44,013 nucleotides of DNA, taken from an uncultured Bacillales bacterium. GTDB taxonomy: Bacteria; Bacillota_I; Bacilli_A; RFN20; CAG-826. The notes beneath the pieces are model-generated. The model was not told the origin of the DNA and did not search any database. It was given only the letters and a program-made list of their open reading frames with translations. The position numbers were made by a program, and so were the translations under genes. How positions within the stretch are numbered: the stretch's first letter is position 1; each line of letters starts with the position of its first letter. Where the stretch lies: positions 1 through 44,013 of the forward strand of contig CAMKQK010000004.1 of NCBI GenBank assembly GCA_946414915.1, read 5' to 3'. This document shows positions 28,156 through 37,884 of the stretch, one piece after another.

Positions 28156-29856
28156 CTATAAATGAAGTACTTCTTTGATGCCTTTATAAAGGGCTTCTGG
28201 GAAGGAATTATCAAGAGGCTTTTCTTTTAGCTTGGTGCCGATATAGAATTTTACTTTTGGTTCTGTACCAGATGGTCTCACAGTGACGATGCTACCATCT
28301 TCCAAATAGAGTTTCACAACATTAGATTTTGGTAAATTGATTGGGGATGTGCTTTGTTTTGTTAAACGCACACTCTTTTCAATGTCATCTACTTGCACCA
28401 CTTTTAAGCCGTTGATTTCAATGAATGGATCATTATGAAGAGCGTTCATTAAGTTTTCCATTTTGGCTTGACCTTCACTACCGAAGAATTCCATGGAATA
28501 TGTGAGGTCTTGATGATAACCAAATCTCTTACTTAAATCATCCCAGGCTTCATCAAGTCTCATGCCTTTTAAGAAATAATATAACGCCATTTCGCAGTAC
28601 ATTAAGATAGCTTGGCAGCCATCTTTGTCTCTTGCAAATGGAGCGATTAAACAACCATAGCTTTCTTCATAGCCAAATTCAAACTTTGGACCATGACCAA
28701 GTTTTTCATAGTAATCAATTCTATTACCGATAAATTTGAAACCAGTTAAGAATTCTTCGACTTTCACACCATAGTGTTCTGCGATATCTCTTCCCAAGGA
28801 AGAAGTAACGATTGTGTAGTACATGACACCATTATCTGAAAGAGTGCCTTTAGCTTTCTTTTGAGCGAAGATATAGTCCATTAATAAGGCTGCACTTTGG
28901 TTACCGGTTAATGTTTGATAACTACCATCTTTGGCTTTATAGCCTAAACCCACACGGTCACCATCTGGGTCAGTCATGACAATTAAATCCGCATCAATCT
29001 CTTTAGCGAGTTTAATTGGTTCAATATACGCTCTTGGATCTTCTGGGTTAGGAGATAATGTACCAGAGAAATCTGGATCAGGGTCAACTTGACTCATCAC
29101 TGGATAAATCTTATAGCCTAAATCATTAAAGATACGCATGGAATTAACGTAGGATGTACCATGATTTGGGGTAAAGACTACTTTAAAGTTAGATTTATCT
29201 AAATCCCTATTAATGGCGATAGATTCCACTAAACGGACATATTCATCATCGACTTTATTATCTAAGAGAATATTTTCTCCTCTTTGTTTAGCGACTTCGT
29301 ATTCGACTTCTAATTCATTTGGAAGTTCATCAATGAGTTCTAATAAGCGTTTGATTTTATCAGGGACTAATTGGCAACCCGTTTCATCATAAACTTTATA
29401 GCCATTATATTGTTTTGGGTTATGGCTTGCGGTAATCATAATACCAGCACACGCTTTAAGATAACGGACCGCGAATGATAATTCTGGTGTTGGTCTTAAA
29501 GAATCAAAGATATATGTTTTAATACCAAAGTCATTTAATGTTTCAGCGCTTAAAAGAGTAAATTCACGCGACATGTGACGGTTATCATGAGAAATAACCA
29601 CCCCTTCTTCTTTGGCTTTTGGGAATAGCTCTAATAAGTATTTAGCAAACGCCACAGTGGCTTTTTTCACTGTGAAGTTATTCATTCTATTTGTGCCTGG
29701 ACCGAGAACACCTCTCATACCAGCGGTACCAAATTCCACATCTTTAAAGAAAGCATCATCAATTTGTTCTTGATTCATGTTTCTTAAGATTTCTTTGTCT
29801 TGTGCACTGACGCGATTAGAATTCAGCCAACGTAAATAATTCTCTTTTGTGCTCAT
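28156..29856 (-). CDS. pgm: Phosphoglucomutase / phospho-sugar mutase
   Basis: FGTAGMRG, TASHNP, DPDGDR, RPSGTEPK. Confidence 0.93.
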   Translation of the reverse strand: MSTKENYLRWLNSNRVSAQDKEILRNMNQEQIDDAFFKDVEFGTAGMRGVLGPGTNRMNNFTVKKATVAFAKYLLELFPKAKEEGVVISHDNRHMSREFTLLSAETLNDFGIKTYIFDSLRPTPELSFAVRYLKACAGIMITASHNPKQYNGYKVYDETGCQLVPDKIKRLLELIDELPNELEVEYEVAKQRGENILLDNKVDDEYVRLVESIAINRDLDKSNFKVVFTPNHGTSYVNSMRIFNDLGYKIYPVMSQVDPDPDFSGTLSPNPEDPRAYIEPIKLAKEIDADLIVMTDPDGDRVGLGYKAKDGSYQTLTGNQSAALLMDYIFAQKKAKGTLSDNGVMYYTIVTSSLGRDIAEHYGVKVEEFLTGFKFIGNRIDYYEKLGHGPKFEFGYEESYGCLIAPFARDKDGCQAILMYCEMALYYFLKGMRLDEAWDDLSKRFGYHQDLTYSMEFFGSEGQAKMENLMNALHNDPFIEINGLKVVQVDDIEKSVRLTKQSTSPINLPKSNVVKLYLEDGSIVTVRPSGTEPKVKFYIGTKLKEKPLDNSFPEALYKGIKEVLHL

Positions 29857-29869
29857 AAATAAATCTCCC

Positions 29870-30847
29870 TCATTTATTATTGTCTAACATAGTTAGGATA
29901 TTTGCAATTTCTTCTCTTGGTTCAGCGGTAAATTCTTTTCTACTTAAATTAGTTAATGGTTTTGGTAAATCACCAAAGCCAATCTTATAAGCGTGTAAGA
30001 ACTGCTTATTAAAACCATACTTTTGTTTAAAGACACGGTTAGCTTGGAAATCACCGTATTTTTCATCCCCGATGATTGGATGATTAATATAGGCAAGATG
30101 AACACGGATTTGATGGGTTCTACCCGTTAAAAGCGTGACATCTAATAAAGAATATTCTTCATAGTTTTTAATGACCTTGTAGACTGTTTTTGCGGTTTTA
30201 CCACCTTTTTCTATAGAGGCTACTGTCACAGTGTTAGTCTTTTCATCTTTTCTTAAAGGCGCATTAATGGTGTCTTTTTCTTTTTCCATTTTACCCACGA
30301 CTAAAGCAAGGTAATGTTTATTAATCAAATCGTGATTTTTGAATAGTTTAAATAATAGTTCTAAAGCATCATGGTTCTTACCAAAGACCACAATACCTGA
30401 TGTATTTCTATCTAATCTATGCGCTGGACCTGGTTTGAACGCTAGTTCTTTAGAAGGATCGTATTCACCTTTATAAATGAGATATTCGATGACCATTTGG
30501 TCTAAGGATTCATCTTGAGGAGCGCTTTTTTGCACCAATAAGCCACGTGGTTTATTAACGAATAAAACATTATCATCTTCATAAACAATCCAGTCTTGGA
30601 TTTGATTATTTGGTTGATAGGCTTTTTCTTTTAAAAATTCTTCGAATTGCTCTTCTTTAACATAGATAGAGACTTCATCATTTTCTTTAATAATGAACTT
30701 ACGGTCTTCATGATGACCGTTCACTTTGACATCTTTTTTTCTAAATAATTTATAAATAAAAGAGTTAGGAGCACCCACGAGAAGTTTTTGAGTATACTTC
30801 TCCAATGTTTGTCCTTCTTCGCTCTTTTGAATGATATATTTACGCAT
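29870..30847 (-). CDS. RluA-family pseudouridine synthase (S4 domain, RluC/D-like)
   Basis: NKPRGL, HRLDRNTSG, GRTHQIRVH; start revised to MRKYII. Confidence 0.93.
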   Translation of the reverse strand: MRKYIIQKSEEGQTLEKYTQKLLVGAPNSFIYKLFRKKDVKVNGHHEDRKFIIKENDEVSIYVKEEQFEEFLKEKAYQPNNQIQDWIVYEDDNVLFVNKPRGLLVQKSAPQDESLDQMVIEYLIYKGEYDPSKELAFKPGPAHRLDRNTSGIVVFGKNHDALELLFKLFKNHDLINKHYLALVVGKMEKEKDTINAPLRKDEKTNTVTVASIEKGGKTAKTVYKVIKNYEEYSLLDVTLLTGRTHQIRVHLAYINHPIIGDEKYGDFQANRVFKQKYGFNKQFLHAYKIGFGDLPKPLTNLSRKEFTAEPREEIANILTMLDNNK

Positions 30848-30946
30848 AACATTATTGTATAAATAAATATTTATCAAATAAAGAGTGCATAATTAAAAAT
30901 TTTTGTTATAATACTATTCGCACGTTCAAATATTGTTCAGCCATAC

Positions 30947-31037
30947 GGAGGAATACCCAAGAGGCTGAAGGGGCGGGCTTGGAAAGCTCGTAGACATGTA
31001 ACAGTGTGCGAGGGTTCAAATCCCTCTTCCTCCGCCA
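30947..31037 (+). tRNA. tRNA-Ser(GGA)
   Basis: Acceptor GGAGGAA/TTCCTCC-GCCA; anticodon loop TTGGAAA; variable arm. Confidence 0.96.
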
Positions 31038-31046
31038 AACAGTAAC

Positions 31047-31071
31047 TAACACGTCAATAGACGTGTTTTTT
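31047..31071. terminator. Terminator after tRNA-Ser(GGA), probably also serving the convergent GT2 gene
   Basis: AACACGTC-AATA-GACGTGTT-TTTT. Confidence 0.75.
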
Positions 31072-32371
31072 ATTTCCCGTGTGGGATCTTTTTCCATTTC
31101 ACTTGCTTCTTAAATAAAGTAACTATATCGATTGGAAATTGTAGCGCAAGGAACAACGGGAAGAAAAGAAATCCTAATATCTTTTTACTTAAAGGATAGT
31201 CCTTAAATTTTGCGTTAGCGGATAATCTCACTAATAAGGCAGTTATATAACTAGAAATAATGAAGAACACTACTCCTTTAATAAATGAGAATAAATAGCC
31301 GGTGTTTAAAGAAAAGAACATATTATGGAACCAGCTTTCATTAGTGTTCCAATATAAAAATGCATCATATAAAGAAACGTTAAATAATGGGGAGAATAAA
31401 AGGGCCACTACTTGTAGGACCGTTAAAAACGATATCACTATCGTAACATAAGAATGGAAAGTTAGGCTCACAAATAGCGAAACCTTATTTTTATTCTTTC
31501 TAGAAAACAAAGCCACGAATAATTTAGGGAAACAGCGTTTGCTAATGATATGCTGGCCCTTGCTCCAACGTAAGCGTTGATTCCACATGGTTTTGAAATT
31601 CTTTGGCTGTTCATCATAAAATGTTGCGTTATAGCAAAAACGGATTTTCTTCCCTTTTAAAACAGCGTTTGCACTATATTCGATATCTTCGGTAATGCTG
31701 GTAAATTCCCAGCCATTCTCTAATTGTTCGGAAGGGATCACAAAGCCACATCCGGTCACTCTTCCAGACACGTTAAGATTGTTTCTACCAGAAAAGGTCA
31801 ACATACAGGATGTACCAAAATAATAACCATATAACGAAGGTAATACACCATCATTAGCGTTTAACAAACTACGGAATGATGAAATAGCGACCTTTTTGTT
31901 GTAATAAACAAAAGCGTCATTAAGCTTATCAAAATAGTCTTTAGCGACAGTATTATCCGCGTTAAAGAAAATGAATCCATCATAGGATGGAATGTTATCT
32001 ATATGACTAAAAGCGTACTTATAAGCTTGACCTAATGTGTTTTCTTCTTTGTTATTATCAACGATGACAAATGCCCCTAATGATTTAGCGATTTCTCCAG
32101 TTCTATCTGAGCAGTTATGAGCAATGACATAGATATCTAATTTATCTTGAGGATAGTCTGCGCTTCTAATGCTATTAATCACTCTTGCGATAACGTTTTC
32201 TTCATCTTTCGCAGAGATGATAATACCATATCGACATTTTTCTTCCACTTTTGGATAGTGTTTCTTATGAAAGGTGCCACTAATGGCAAAAAAGATAAAA
32301 TGGAATAAGTAGATACTGAATGCTACTCCGATAATAAGAAAAACAAGATTAATGATATTAACGTAATTCAT
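31070..32371 (-). CDS. Processive-type glycosyltransferase family 2
   Basis: AKDEE, NADN (DxD variant), TED, QRLRW and C-terminal TM helices. Confidence 0.9.
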   Translation of the reverse strand: MNYVNIINLVFLIIGVAFSIYLFHFIFFAISGTFHKKHYPKVEEKCRYGIIISAKDEENVIARVINSIRSADYPQDKLDIYVIAHNCSDRTGEIAKSLGAFVIVDNNKEENTLGQAYKYAFSHIDNIPSYDGFIFFNADNTVAKDYFDKLNDAFVYYNKKVAISSFRSLLNANDGVLPSLYGYYFGTSCMLTFSGRNNLNVSGRVTGCGFVIPSEQLENGWEFTSITEDIEYSANAVLKGKKIRFCYNATFYDEQPKNFKTMWNQRLRWSKGQHIISKRCFPKLFVALFSRKNKNKVSLFVSLTFHSYVTIVISFLTVLQVVALLFSPLFNVSLYDAFLYWNTNESWFHNMFFSLNTGYLFSFIKGVVFFIISSYITALLVRLSANAKFKDYPLSKKILGFLFFPLFLALQFPIDIVTLFKKQVKWKKIPHGK

Positions 32372-32455
32372 ACATATTTTTATTGTACAACTTTCGTCCA
32401 ATGGGTTAAAAGTTGAATATTTGTATAAGCAGATTAAAAGTATGTTAAACTATGA

Positions 32456-33376
32456 ATGATGAAAGAACATAGAAAAGTCGCTATTACCAACGCTAGAACA
32501 ATTAACAAAATGCGCTGCATTGTTGGTTTAATTATATGTTCAATTGTGGTGATGTTAACCATTATCGCATTAGTGCTTAATATCATTAATTTCTTTAATG
32601 AAAGTACACCTGAAGCGGGTCTAGGAACATTGAGAATGTTCACCACTATTTCTAATATCATCGCAGCTTTAGCCGCGGCTATTTGTATACCTTTCCAAAT
32701 TGATGGATTAAGAAAAAATAAATATAAGTTTCCTAAATGGATTGTGGAAGTCATGTATATCGGTTCTGTTGGCTCATTATTAACCATGACTATTGCGCTT
32801 GCTTTAATCGGTCCTACAACTGGTTTCGCCTATGCAATGTTTGGTAACTCTAACGTCTTTATGCATACGCTTAATCCGATCTTTGTCTTTATGTTATTCA
32901 CTATTGCGGTTTCTGATGGTCGAATTAGATTTAGCCACTCATTCATCGCGATCATTCCAACCTTTATTTATTCCTTAATGTATTTTATCTTGGCGTTTGT
33001 CACACATATCTGGAGAGATCATTATCATTTAGCGGATTATATGCCTTGGCCAGTTGCCTTCATTTCAATCATGGCCGCCGCGTATCTACTTTCCTTATTA
33101 TTAAGACTTTTACATAATCTCACTAATAAGCATGTGACTAGAGGTATTGAAAAGTACTATAAGGAATCTGATGATTATAAGTTCGATAGAATTGGTGACG
33201 CAATTGCTCACCTCGCGGAAGTCGAATCAAAATTCTATCATGAAGGTGATGATATCTACGTCCCTGTTGATATTGTTAAGTTATTATCTGAAAGATATCA
33301 CGCTGAAGAATTAGCGTTAGATATCCAATATGATATTTATTTAGAAAGTTATTTGAAGAATATCCATAAAAAATAA
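32456..33376 (+). CDS. Integral membrane protein (Pr6Pr-like) with a C-terminal soluble tail
   Basis: About 6 TM helices; FTTISN and HTLNP motifs. Confidence 0.7.
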   Translation: MMKEHRKVAITNARTINKMRCIVGLIICSIVVMLTIIALVLNIINFFNESTPEAGLGTLRMFTTISNIIAALAAAICIPFQIDGLRKNKYKFPKWIVEVMYIGSVGSLLTMTIALALIGPTTGFAYAMFGNSNVFMHTLNPIFVFMLFTIAVSDGRIRFSHSFIAIIPTFIYSLMYFILAFVTHIWRDHYHLADYMPWPVAFISIMAAAYLLSLLLRLLHNLTNKHVTRGIEKYYKESDDYKFDRIGDAIAHLAEVESKFYHEGDDIYVPVDIVKLLSERYHAEELALDIQYDIYLESYLKNIHKK

Positions 33377-33417
33377 AAGAGCCTTTCGGCTCTAATATTT
33401 GAATTGTTTTGGAAGGT

Positions 33418-33792
33418 TTATTCCGCTGGTTTTGCTTCAACGACTTCTGGTTGTTGTTCGTCAACAACTTTTTCATCTTTCTTTAAAGCATTAAGACGGG
33501 CACTTCTACGTTGTTCTCTTTCACTAGCGCGGTCGAATGTCTTCGCATAGAAGAGCATGACTACGACACCTGCAACAGCACCGATAGCGACAATGATTAA
33601 GCCCCAGAAGTAGAGGTTTAAACCAAATGTCTTTTTGAAGTTAGCATCAAAATCGATTAAGGCAGTAATGTTGTTGTATTTAGTGACTAAACCGAGAACA
33701 ACATATGTTAAACCCCATAAGATCACTAATGCACAGATGGGATACCAGACGAGTTCAAAGATTGATACTGGCAATTTATTCTTTTTAGCCAT
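33418..33792 (-). CDS. Hypothetical two-TM membrane protein
   Basis: SD AGGAG; two TM helices and a charged tail. Confidence 0.75.
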   Translation of the reverse strand: MAKKNKLPVSIFELVWYPICALVILWGLTYVVLGLVTKYNNITALIDFDANFKKTFGLNLYFWGLIIVAIGAVAGVVVMLFYAKTFDRASEREQRRSARLNALKKDEKVVDEQQPEVVEAKPAE

Positions 33793-33806
33793 AAATTAAT
33801 TCTCCT

Positions 33807-34652
33807 TTAGTTAGCGGATTCCGCTGGTTTTTGTTGTTGGGAAGCTTTGGTAACTTCGTTAACGACTTCTTGATATGTGGCTTTCCAAGCAGCTTCATCT
33901 TTAGCAGTCGCTTCATTGAGTTTTTTGTTTAAGTCCTCAAAGATTTCTTTGAAACCTTTGTTGTCTGGGCGTTGTCTTCTACCTTCGGTCATTTCGAGAA
34001 CACGTAATGTTTCATCTAATAAATCGAGTGTTTCGTTATCAGTGCAGTGAACGTGTTGACGTGAGAAGCGTAAGAAACCAGTTAACTTAGCAAGTTCATT
34101 TTGGACAATGAAGTTACTTTGTGGTGTTGGTTTACCTTGGCTTTCATTCATGACTTTTTGGAATTCAGCGAATGATTCTTCAAATACTCTCATCGCAAGC
34201 ATTGATAAGACGATACGATACATTCTTTCGTCTTGATCCACTAACTTGATGAGTAATTGGTCAATTTCATTGTTCTTAATACCATAGCTCACATATTGGA
34301 ACACGATATCACGCATTGTTTCGGTTAAACCAACTGTCATATCGAACAATGTGACGAGTTGCGCGGTATCAACACGGACTTGGTCGCCGGATGGCATTAA
34401 AATTGTACTTTCTTCTGAATATAATTCAGTTAAGAATTGGTTAATCTTTTCTCTGATTTTATCACCAGCTTCACCATTGTTCTTTAAGAAATCACCGAAA
34501 GGTGTACCTTCGTTTAAATTGTCTTCAAGAATTTTCTTACGGTTGTTGTAGACTTCGATTGAATGGTCTCTCTTGATGGAGTATTCAAGGGTGTCACGGA
34601 TTGTGAGCAAGTAGTGATAAAGTCTAAAGGTGTATAAACTAAAGTTATTCAT
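33807..34652 (-). CDS. Hypothetical helical protein
   Basis: 281-aa ORF with SD AGGAG, overlapping the HAD stop. Confidence 0.8.
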   Translation of the reverse strand: MNNFSLYTFRLYHYLLTIRDTLEYSIKRDHSIEVYNNRKKILEDNLNEGTPFGDFLKNNGEAGDKIREKINQFLTELYSEESTILMPSGDQVRVDTAQLVTLFDMTVGLTETMRDIVFQYVSYGIKNNEIDQLLIKLVDQDERMYRIVLSMLAMRVFEESFAEFQKVMNESQGKPTPQSNFIVQNELAKLTGFLRFSRQHVHCTDNETLDLLDETLRVLEMTEGRRQRPDNKGFKEIFEDLNKKLNEATAKDEAAWKATYQEVVNEVTKASQQQKPAESAN

Positions 34653-35496
34653 GATTTTCTCCTTCCAAAATAAGATTTTCTAATTTGTAGACCCTGGAAA
34701 TAATATGCTTAGCGTATTTCCTCGCACTTGGATGGCCACGCTTCATGCAATAACTATGTTCGTAATACTTACTAAACATAGTGATATCATTACCGGAATC
34801 ACCAACAACATAGACATCTTCTGGTTTGATGCCAGTTAATTGGCAGTATCTTTCAACACCATTTCCTTTATTGCAACCCTCAGGGGTTAACTCATTGACT
34901 TGTACAGTCCAAGAAGATTCAATTTCTGGGAATTTTTGACGGAATTCCTTATTGAGTTCTTTCGCGATTTGCGCTTTTTTCTTCTTAAGACCGATAAAGA
35001 TCATAATCTTAAAGATTCTCGCTGTTTCTAACTCTTTAATGAATAATTCATCATCGGCGACGAATGGTTCGCGATATGCGAATTGGAACCACCACCAGAT
35101 TTTGTAAAACCATCTAAAGATGAACGAGACTTTACGACTAGTTTTAATAATACATGGATGATTGTCAGTTGTCATCAATAAAGCGATTGGTTCGTACGCT
35201 TTTTCAATTGTTTCGACAATTTCTTTAATTTCTCGATTTGGCATTGCCTTATCGTAGATGAGTTTATCGTTCGCAATAATTTGACTAGAACAGCACGTAA
35301 TAAAGTCCACTGGTCTTTTGATTTCACCTTTCAAACGATCGGTGAATTGTGTAGAACGAGATGTGACTAAAACTAATTTATTACCGGCATCAATCCATCT
35401 ACGTAAAAACTTTACATTCTTGCGAGGAATGCAGCGTTTAATGTTTTTTGGATAAAATAATGTTCCGTCTAAATCAATAGCTAGTAATTTTGCCAT
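34645..35496 (-). CDS. Cof-type HAD-IIB hydrolase
   Basis: DLDGTL, TSR, KGNG, GDSGNDITM. Confidence 0.92.
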   Translation of the reverse strand: MAKLLAIDLDGTLFYPKNIKRCIPRKNVKFLRRWIDAGNKLVLVTSRSTQFTDRLKGEIKRPVDFITCCSSQIIANDKLIYDKAMPNREIKEIVETIEKAYEPIALLMTTDNHPCIIKTSRKVSFIFRWFYKIWWWFQFAYREPFVADDELFIKELETARIFKIMIFIGLKKKKAQIAKELNKEFRQKFPEIESSWTVQVNELTPEGCNKGNGVERYCQLTGIKPEDVYVVGDSGNDITMFSKYYEHSYCMKRGHPSARKYAKHIISRVYKLENLILEGENHE

Positions 35497-35563
35497 GCCC
35501 CTATATTATACACGCGTGGAAACGAATGTCACATGTTTTTTATTATGCGTCGGATAAATAAAA

Positions 35564-35587
35564 AAAGCGGGTAAACCCGCTTCTTTT
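35564..35587. terminator. Terminator downstream of hpf
   Basis: AAGCGGG-TAAA-CCCGCTT with flanking A/T runs. Confidence 0.8.
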
Positions 35588-35601
35588 GTAATTTTGTTAG
35601 A

Positions 35602-36156
35602 TTAGGCGATAGGATTTTCCGCTTGGATGACACCATATCCACCATCACGACGGATATAAACGACACTGATACGGTCATCTTCTTCATCAAGATAGACGAA
35701 GAAATCATGTCCTAACGCTTCCATTCTAAGAATGGCTTCATCAATTTTCATTGGTGTTAAATAATATGATTTAGCTCTAACGACGACATCTTCTTCTTTG
35801 TCGTCTGCTGCTTGTTCAAGAGATTCTTGGAATTGGACTGCGTCAATAAACGATGCGCGGCCACGAGAACGATCCATTCTGGTTTTAACTTTACGCATTT
35901 GACCGACGAGTTTGTCGATTGCTAAGTCGATAGCAGCATATAAGTCTTGATCTTCGACTTCAGCACGTAAAGGCATTTGAGGTAAGAAAATTGTGATTTC
36001 TACCCTCTGAGTTTCGCCATGCACACTGACGACAGCGCGGCACTCGACATCATCGTTAATAAGAAAAAATTTATCCATTTTAGACAACTTTTTCTCAATC
36101 GCCGAAGCAATGCCGTCTGTAACCTGGATGTTTTTGCCGATAATTTGGTATTTCAT
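35602..36156 (-). CDS. hpf: Ribosome hibernation promoting factor, long form
   Basis: GKNIQVT, DLYAAID and the C-terminal EAILRMEALGHDFF...YG domain. Confidence 0.93.
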   Translation of the reverse strand: MKYQIIGKNIQVTDGIASAIEKKLSKMDKFFLINDDVECRAVVSVHGETQRVEITIFLPQMPLRAEVEDQDLYAAIDLAIDKLVGQMRKVKTRMDRSRGRASFIDAVQFQESLEQAADDKEEDVVVRAKSYYLTPMKIDEAILRMEALGHDFFVYLDEEDDRISVVYIRRDGGYGVIQAENPIA

Positions 36157-36241
36157 ATGTTGTAACCTCCTTCCAAATTATGAAACAGAAGTTCTATCAA
36201 CTTAATTATACCATTACATTTCGGCTTTATGTATAAAAGTC

Positions 36242-37411
36242 TTAGTTATTTAGCAACTTTTTGATTTGTTCAACTTTATCGAGCTTTTCCCATGGTAAAT
36301 CGAGGTCAGGTCTACCGAAATGGCCATAGTTTGTTAATTCATGATATTTGAAACTTGGTTCAGTTAAACTGAAGTTTTTAATAATCATACCAGGACGGCA
36401 GTCAAAGACTTCTCTCACAATGGAGAGGATTTTATCATCGCTGTAGCTGGATGTTTTATATGTTCTCACGTTAATGGATAATGGTTGGTTAACACCGATA
36501 GCATAGCTAAGTTGCACTCTTAAGCGTTTAGCGACACCCGCAGCGCATAAGTTTTTAGCGATGTATCTAGCCATATATGCAGCAGATCTATCAACTTTAG
36601 TTGGGTCTTTACCAGAGAAAGCGCCACCACCGTGCTCACATGTGCCACCATATGTATCAACAATAATCTTACGTCCGGTCACGCCTGTGTCACCTGTAGG
36701 ACCACCAATGACGAATTTACCAGTTGGGTTAAAGTAGACTTTAAAGTCAGTATTTAAGCCAAATGATTTGGCAACTTTCTTCATGATGTTTTCCACAACA
36801 TAGTTCTTAAACTCATTTAAATCAATATTGTCATCGTGTTGGATAGACATGAGGATGGTATCAATACGAATATTGTCTGGGTCGGTATAATCGATAGTCA
36901 CTTGTGACTTCATATCAGGACGAGCGTGTTTGAAAACACCAGCCTTTCTTTGAGCGGTTGCTTCTCTCACTAACTTATGAGCGATTGAGATCGCTAAAGG
37001 CATATATCCTTCGGTTTCATTTGAGGCATAACCAAACATAATACCTTGGTCGCCCGCACCAATATCTTCTGGTCTTTTTTGACTGACACCGATGGAAATA
37101 TCGTGGGATTGTTCTTTAACCTTCACCACTACTTCAACATCGTGATAGTCGGTACCGAGTTCTGGTCTATCGTAACCAATATCTTTTAAGACATCCTTGA
37201 CAATTTGGACGTAATTTGGTTGGACCTTGCATGTGATTTCTCCACCAATTAAGACAAAATTGTTACTGGCAAAAACTTCACAAGCCACTCTTGCGTTTTT
37301 ATCCTCTTTTAAGCAAGCATCTAAAATAGCGTCTGCGATTTGATCGCACACTTTATCAGGGTGTCCTTCACTCACTGATTCTGAGGTAAATAAGATCTTT
37401 TCTTTATTCAT
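36242..37411 (-). CDS. metK: S-adenosylmethionine synthetase
   Basis: FTSESVSEGHPDK, GAGDQG, GGGAFSGKD; SD GGAGG before 37411. Confidence 0.97.
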   Translation of the reverse strand: MNKEKILFTSESVSEGHPDKVCDQIADAILDACLKEDKNARVACEVFASNNFVLIGGEITCKVQPNYVQIVKDVLKDIGYDRPELGTDYHDVEVVVKVKEQSHDISIGVSQKRPEDIGAGDQGIMFGYASNETEGYMPLAISIAHKLVREATAQRKAGVFKHARPDMKSQVTIDYTDPDNIRIDTILMSIQHDDNIDLNEFKNYVVENIMKKVAKSFGLNTDFKVYFNPTGKFVIGGPTGDTGVTGRKIIVDTYGGTCEHGGGAFSGKDPTKVDRSAAYMARYIAKNLCAAGVAKRLRVQLSYAIGVNQPLSINVRTYKTSSYSDDKILSIVREVFDCRPGMIIKNFSLTEPSFKYHELTNYGHFGRPDLDLPWEKLDKVEQIKKLLNN

Positions 37412-37425
37412 AAGACCCTCCATAT

Positions 37426-37456
37426 AAACAAAGCCCTCCCACATTCATGGAAGGGC
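37426..37456 (-). terminator. Riboswitch-controlled terminator
   Basis: GCCCTTCCA-TGAATG-TGGGAGGGC-TTTGTTT. Confidence 0.8.
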
Positions 37457-37473
37457 ATTCTTTTTTCCTTCAA

Positions 37474-37576
37474 CTTATCGCTCAAGGTTGTGGGAACCTT
37501 GCTAGAAGAGAGCACTTACTCGACGGGAGAGTTGCTATCGCGTTATTTCATCTTCTGTTACGCGATTCTTGATAAG
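37474..37576 (-). promoter_or_regulatory. SAM-I class (S-box) riboswitch
   Basis: P1 CUUAUC/GAUAAG, AAGA junction, P2 AUCGCGU/ACGCGAU, P3 AGCAAC..GUGCU, pseudoknot AGAAGA/UCUUCU; upstream of metK. Confidence 0.85.
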
Positions 37577-37627
37577 CACGATTATTATAGGCTATTTATA
37601 CAAAATAGCAAATGAAACGATAAATAA

Positions 37628-37882
37628 TTATCTATTTGCTTCAAGGCCAAGGGCTAATTGATCTGGGCAAGATGTTTCCCCTGTTCTTGAACCACGGCAC
37701 TTTATACCTTTTAATTTATTAATCACGTCTTCAATCTTCATGCCCTCGATTAAACGACACAAGCCTTGTGTGTTACCCATGCATCCACCTACGATGGTCG
37801 CGTGCATAACCACACCATTCTCGTGTTCAATAATCATTTCTCTCGAACAGACACCATTTGGTTTGAATGTGATTTTTTCCAT
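37628..37882 (-). CDS. TSCPD domain protein (TIGR03905 family)
   Basis: GVCSR, GGCMGN, GIKC, TSCPDQL. Confidence 0.9.
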   Translation of the reverse strand: MEKITFKPNGVCSREMIIEHENGVVMHATIVGGCMGNTQGLCRLIEGMKIEDVINKLKGIKCRGSRTGETSCPDQLALGLEANR

Positions 37883-37884
37883 AA

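Noticed and set aside
30906-31097. 63-aa minus-strand ORF
   Set aside because: Antisense to tRNA-Ser(GGA); spurious
37412-37444. N-terminal extension of MetK in the ORF track
   Set aside because: It overlaps the riboswitch terminator; the SD supports ATG 37411
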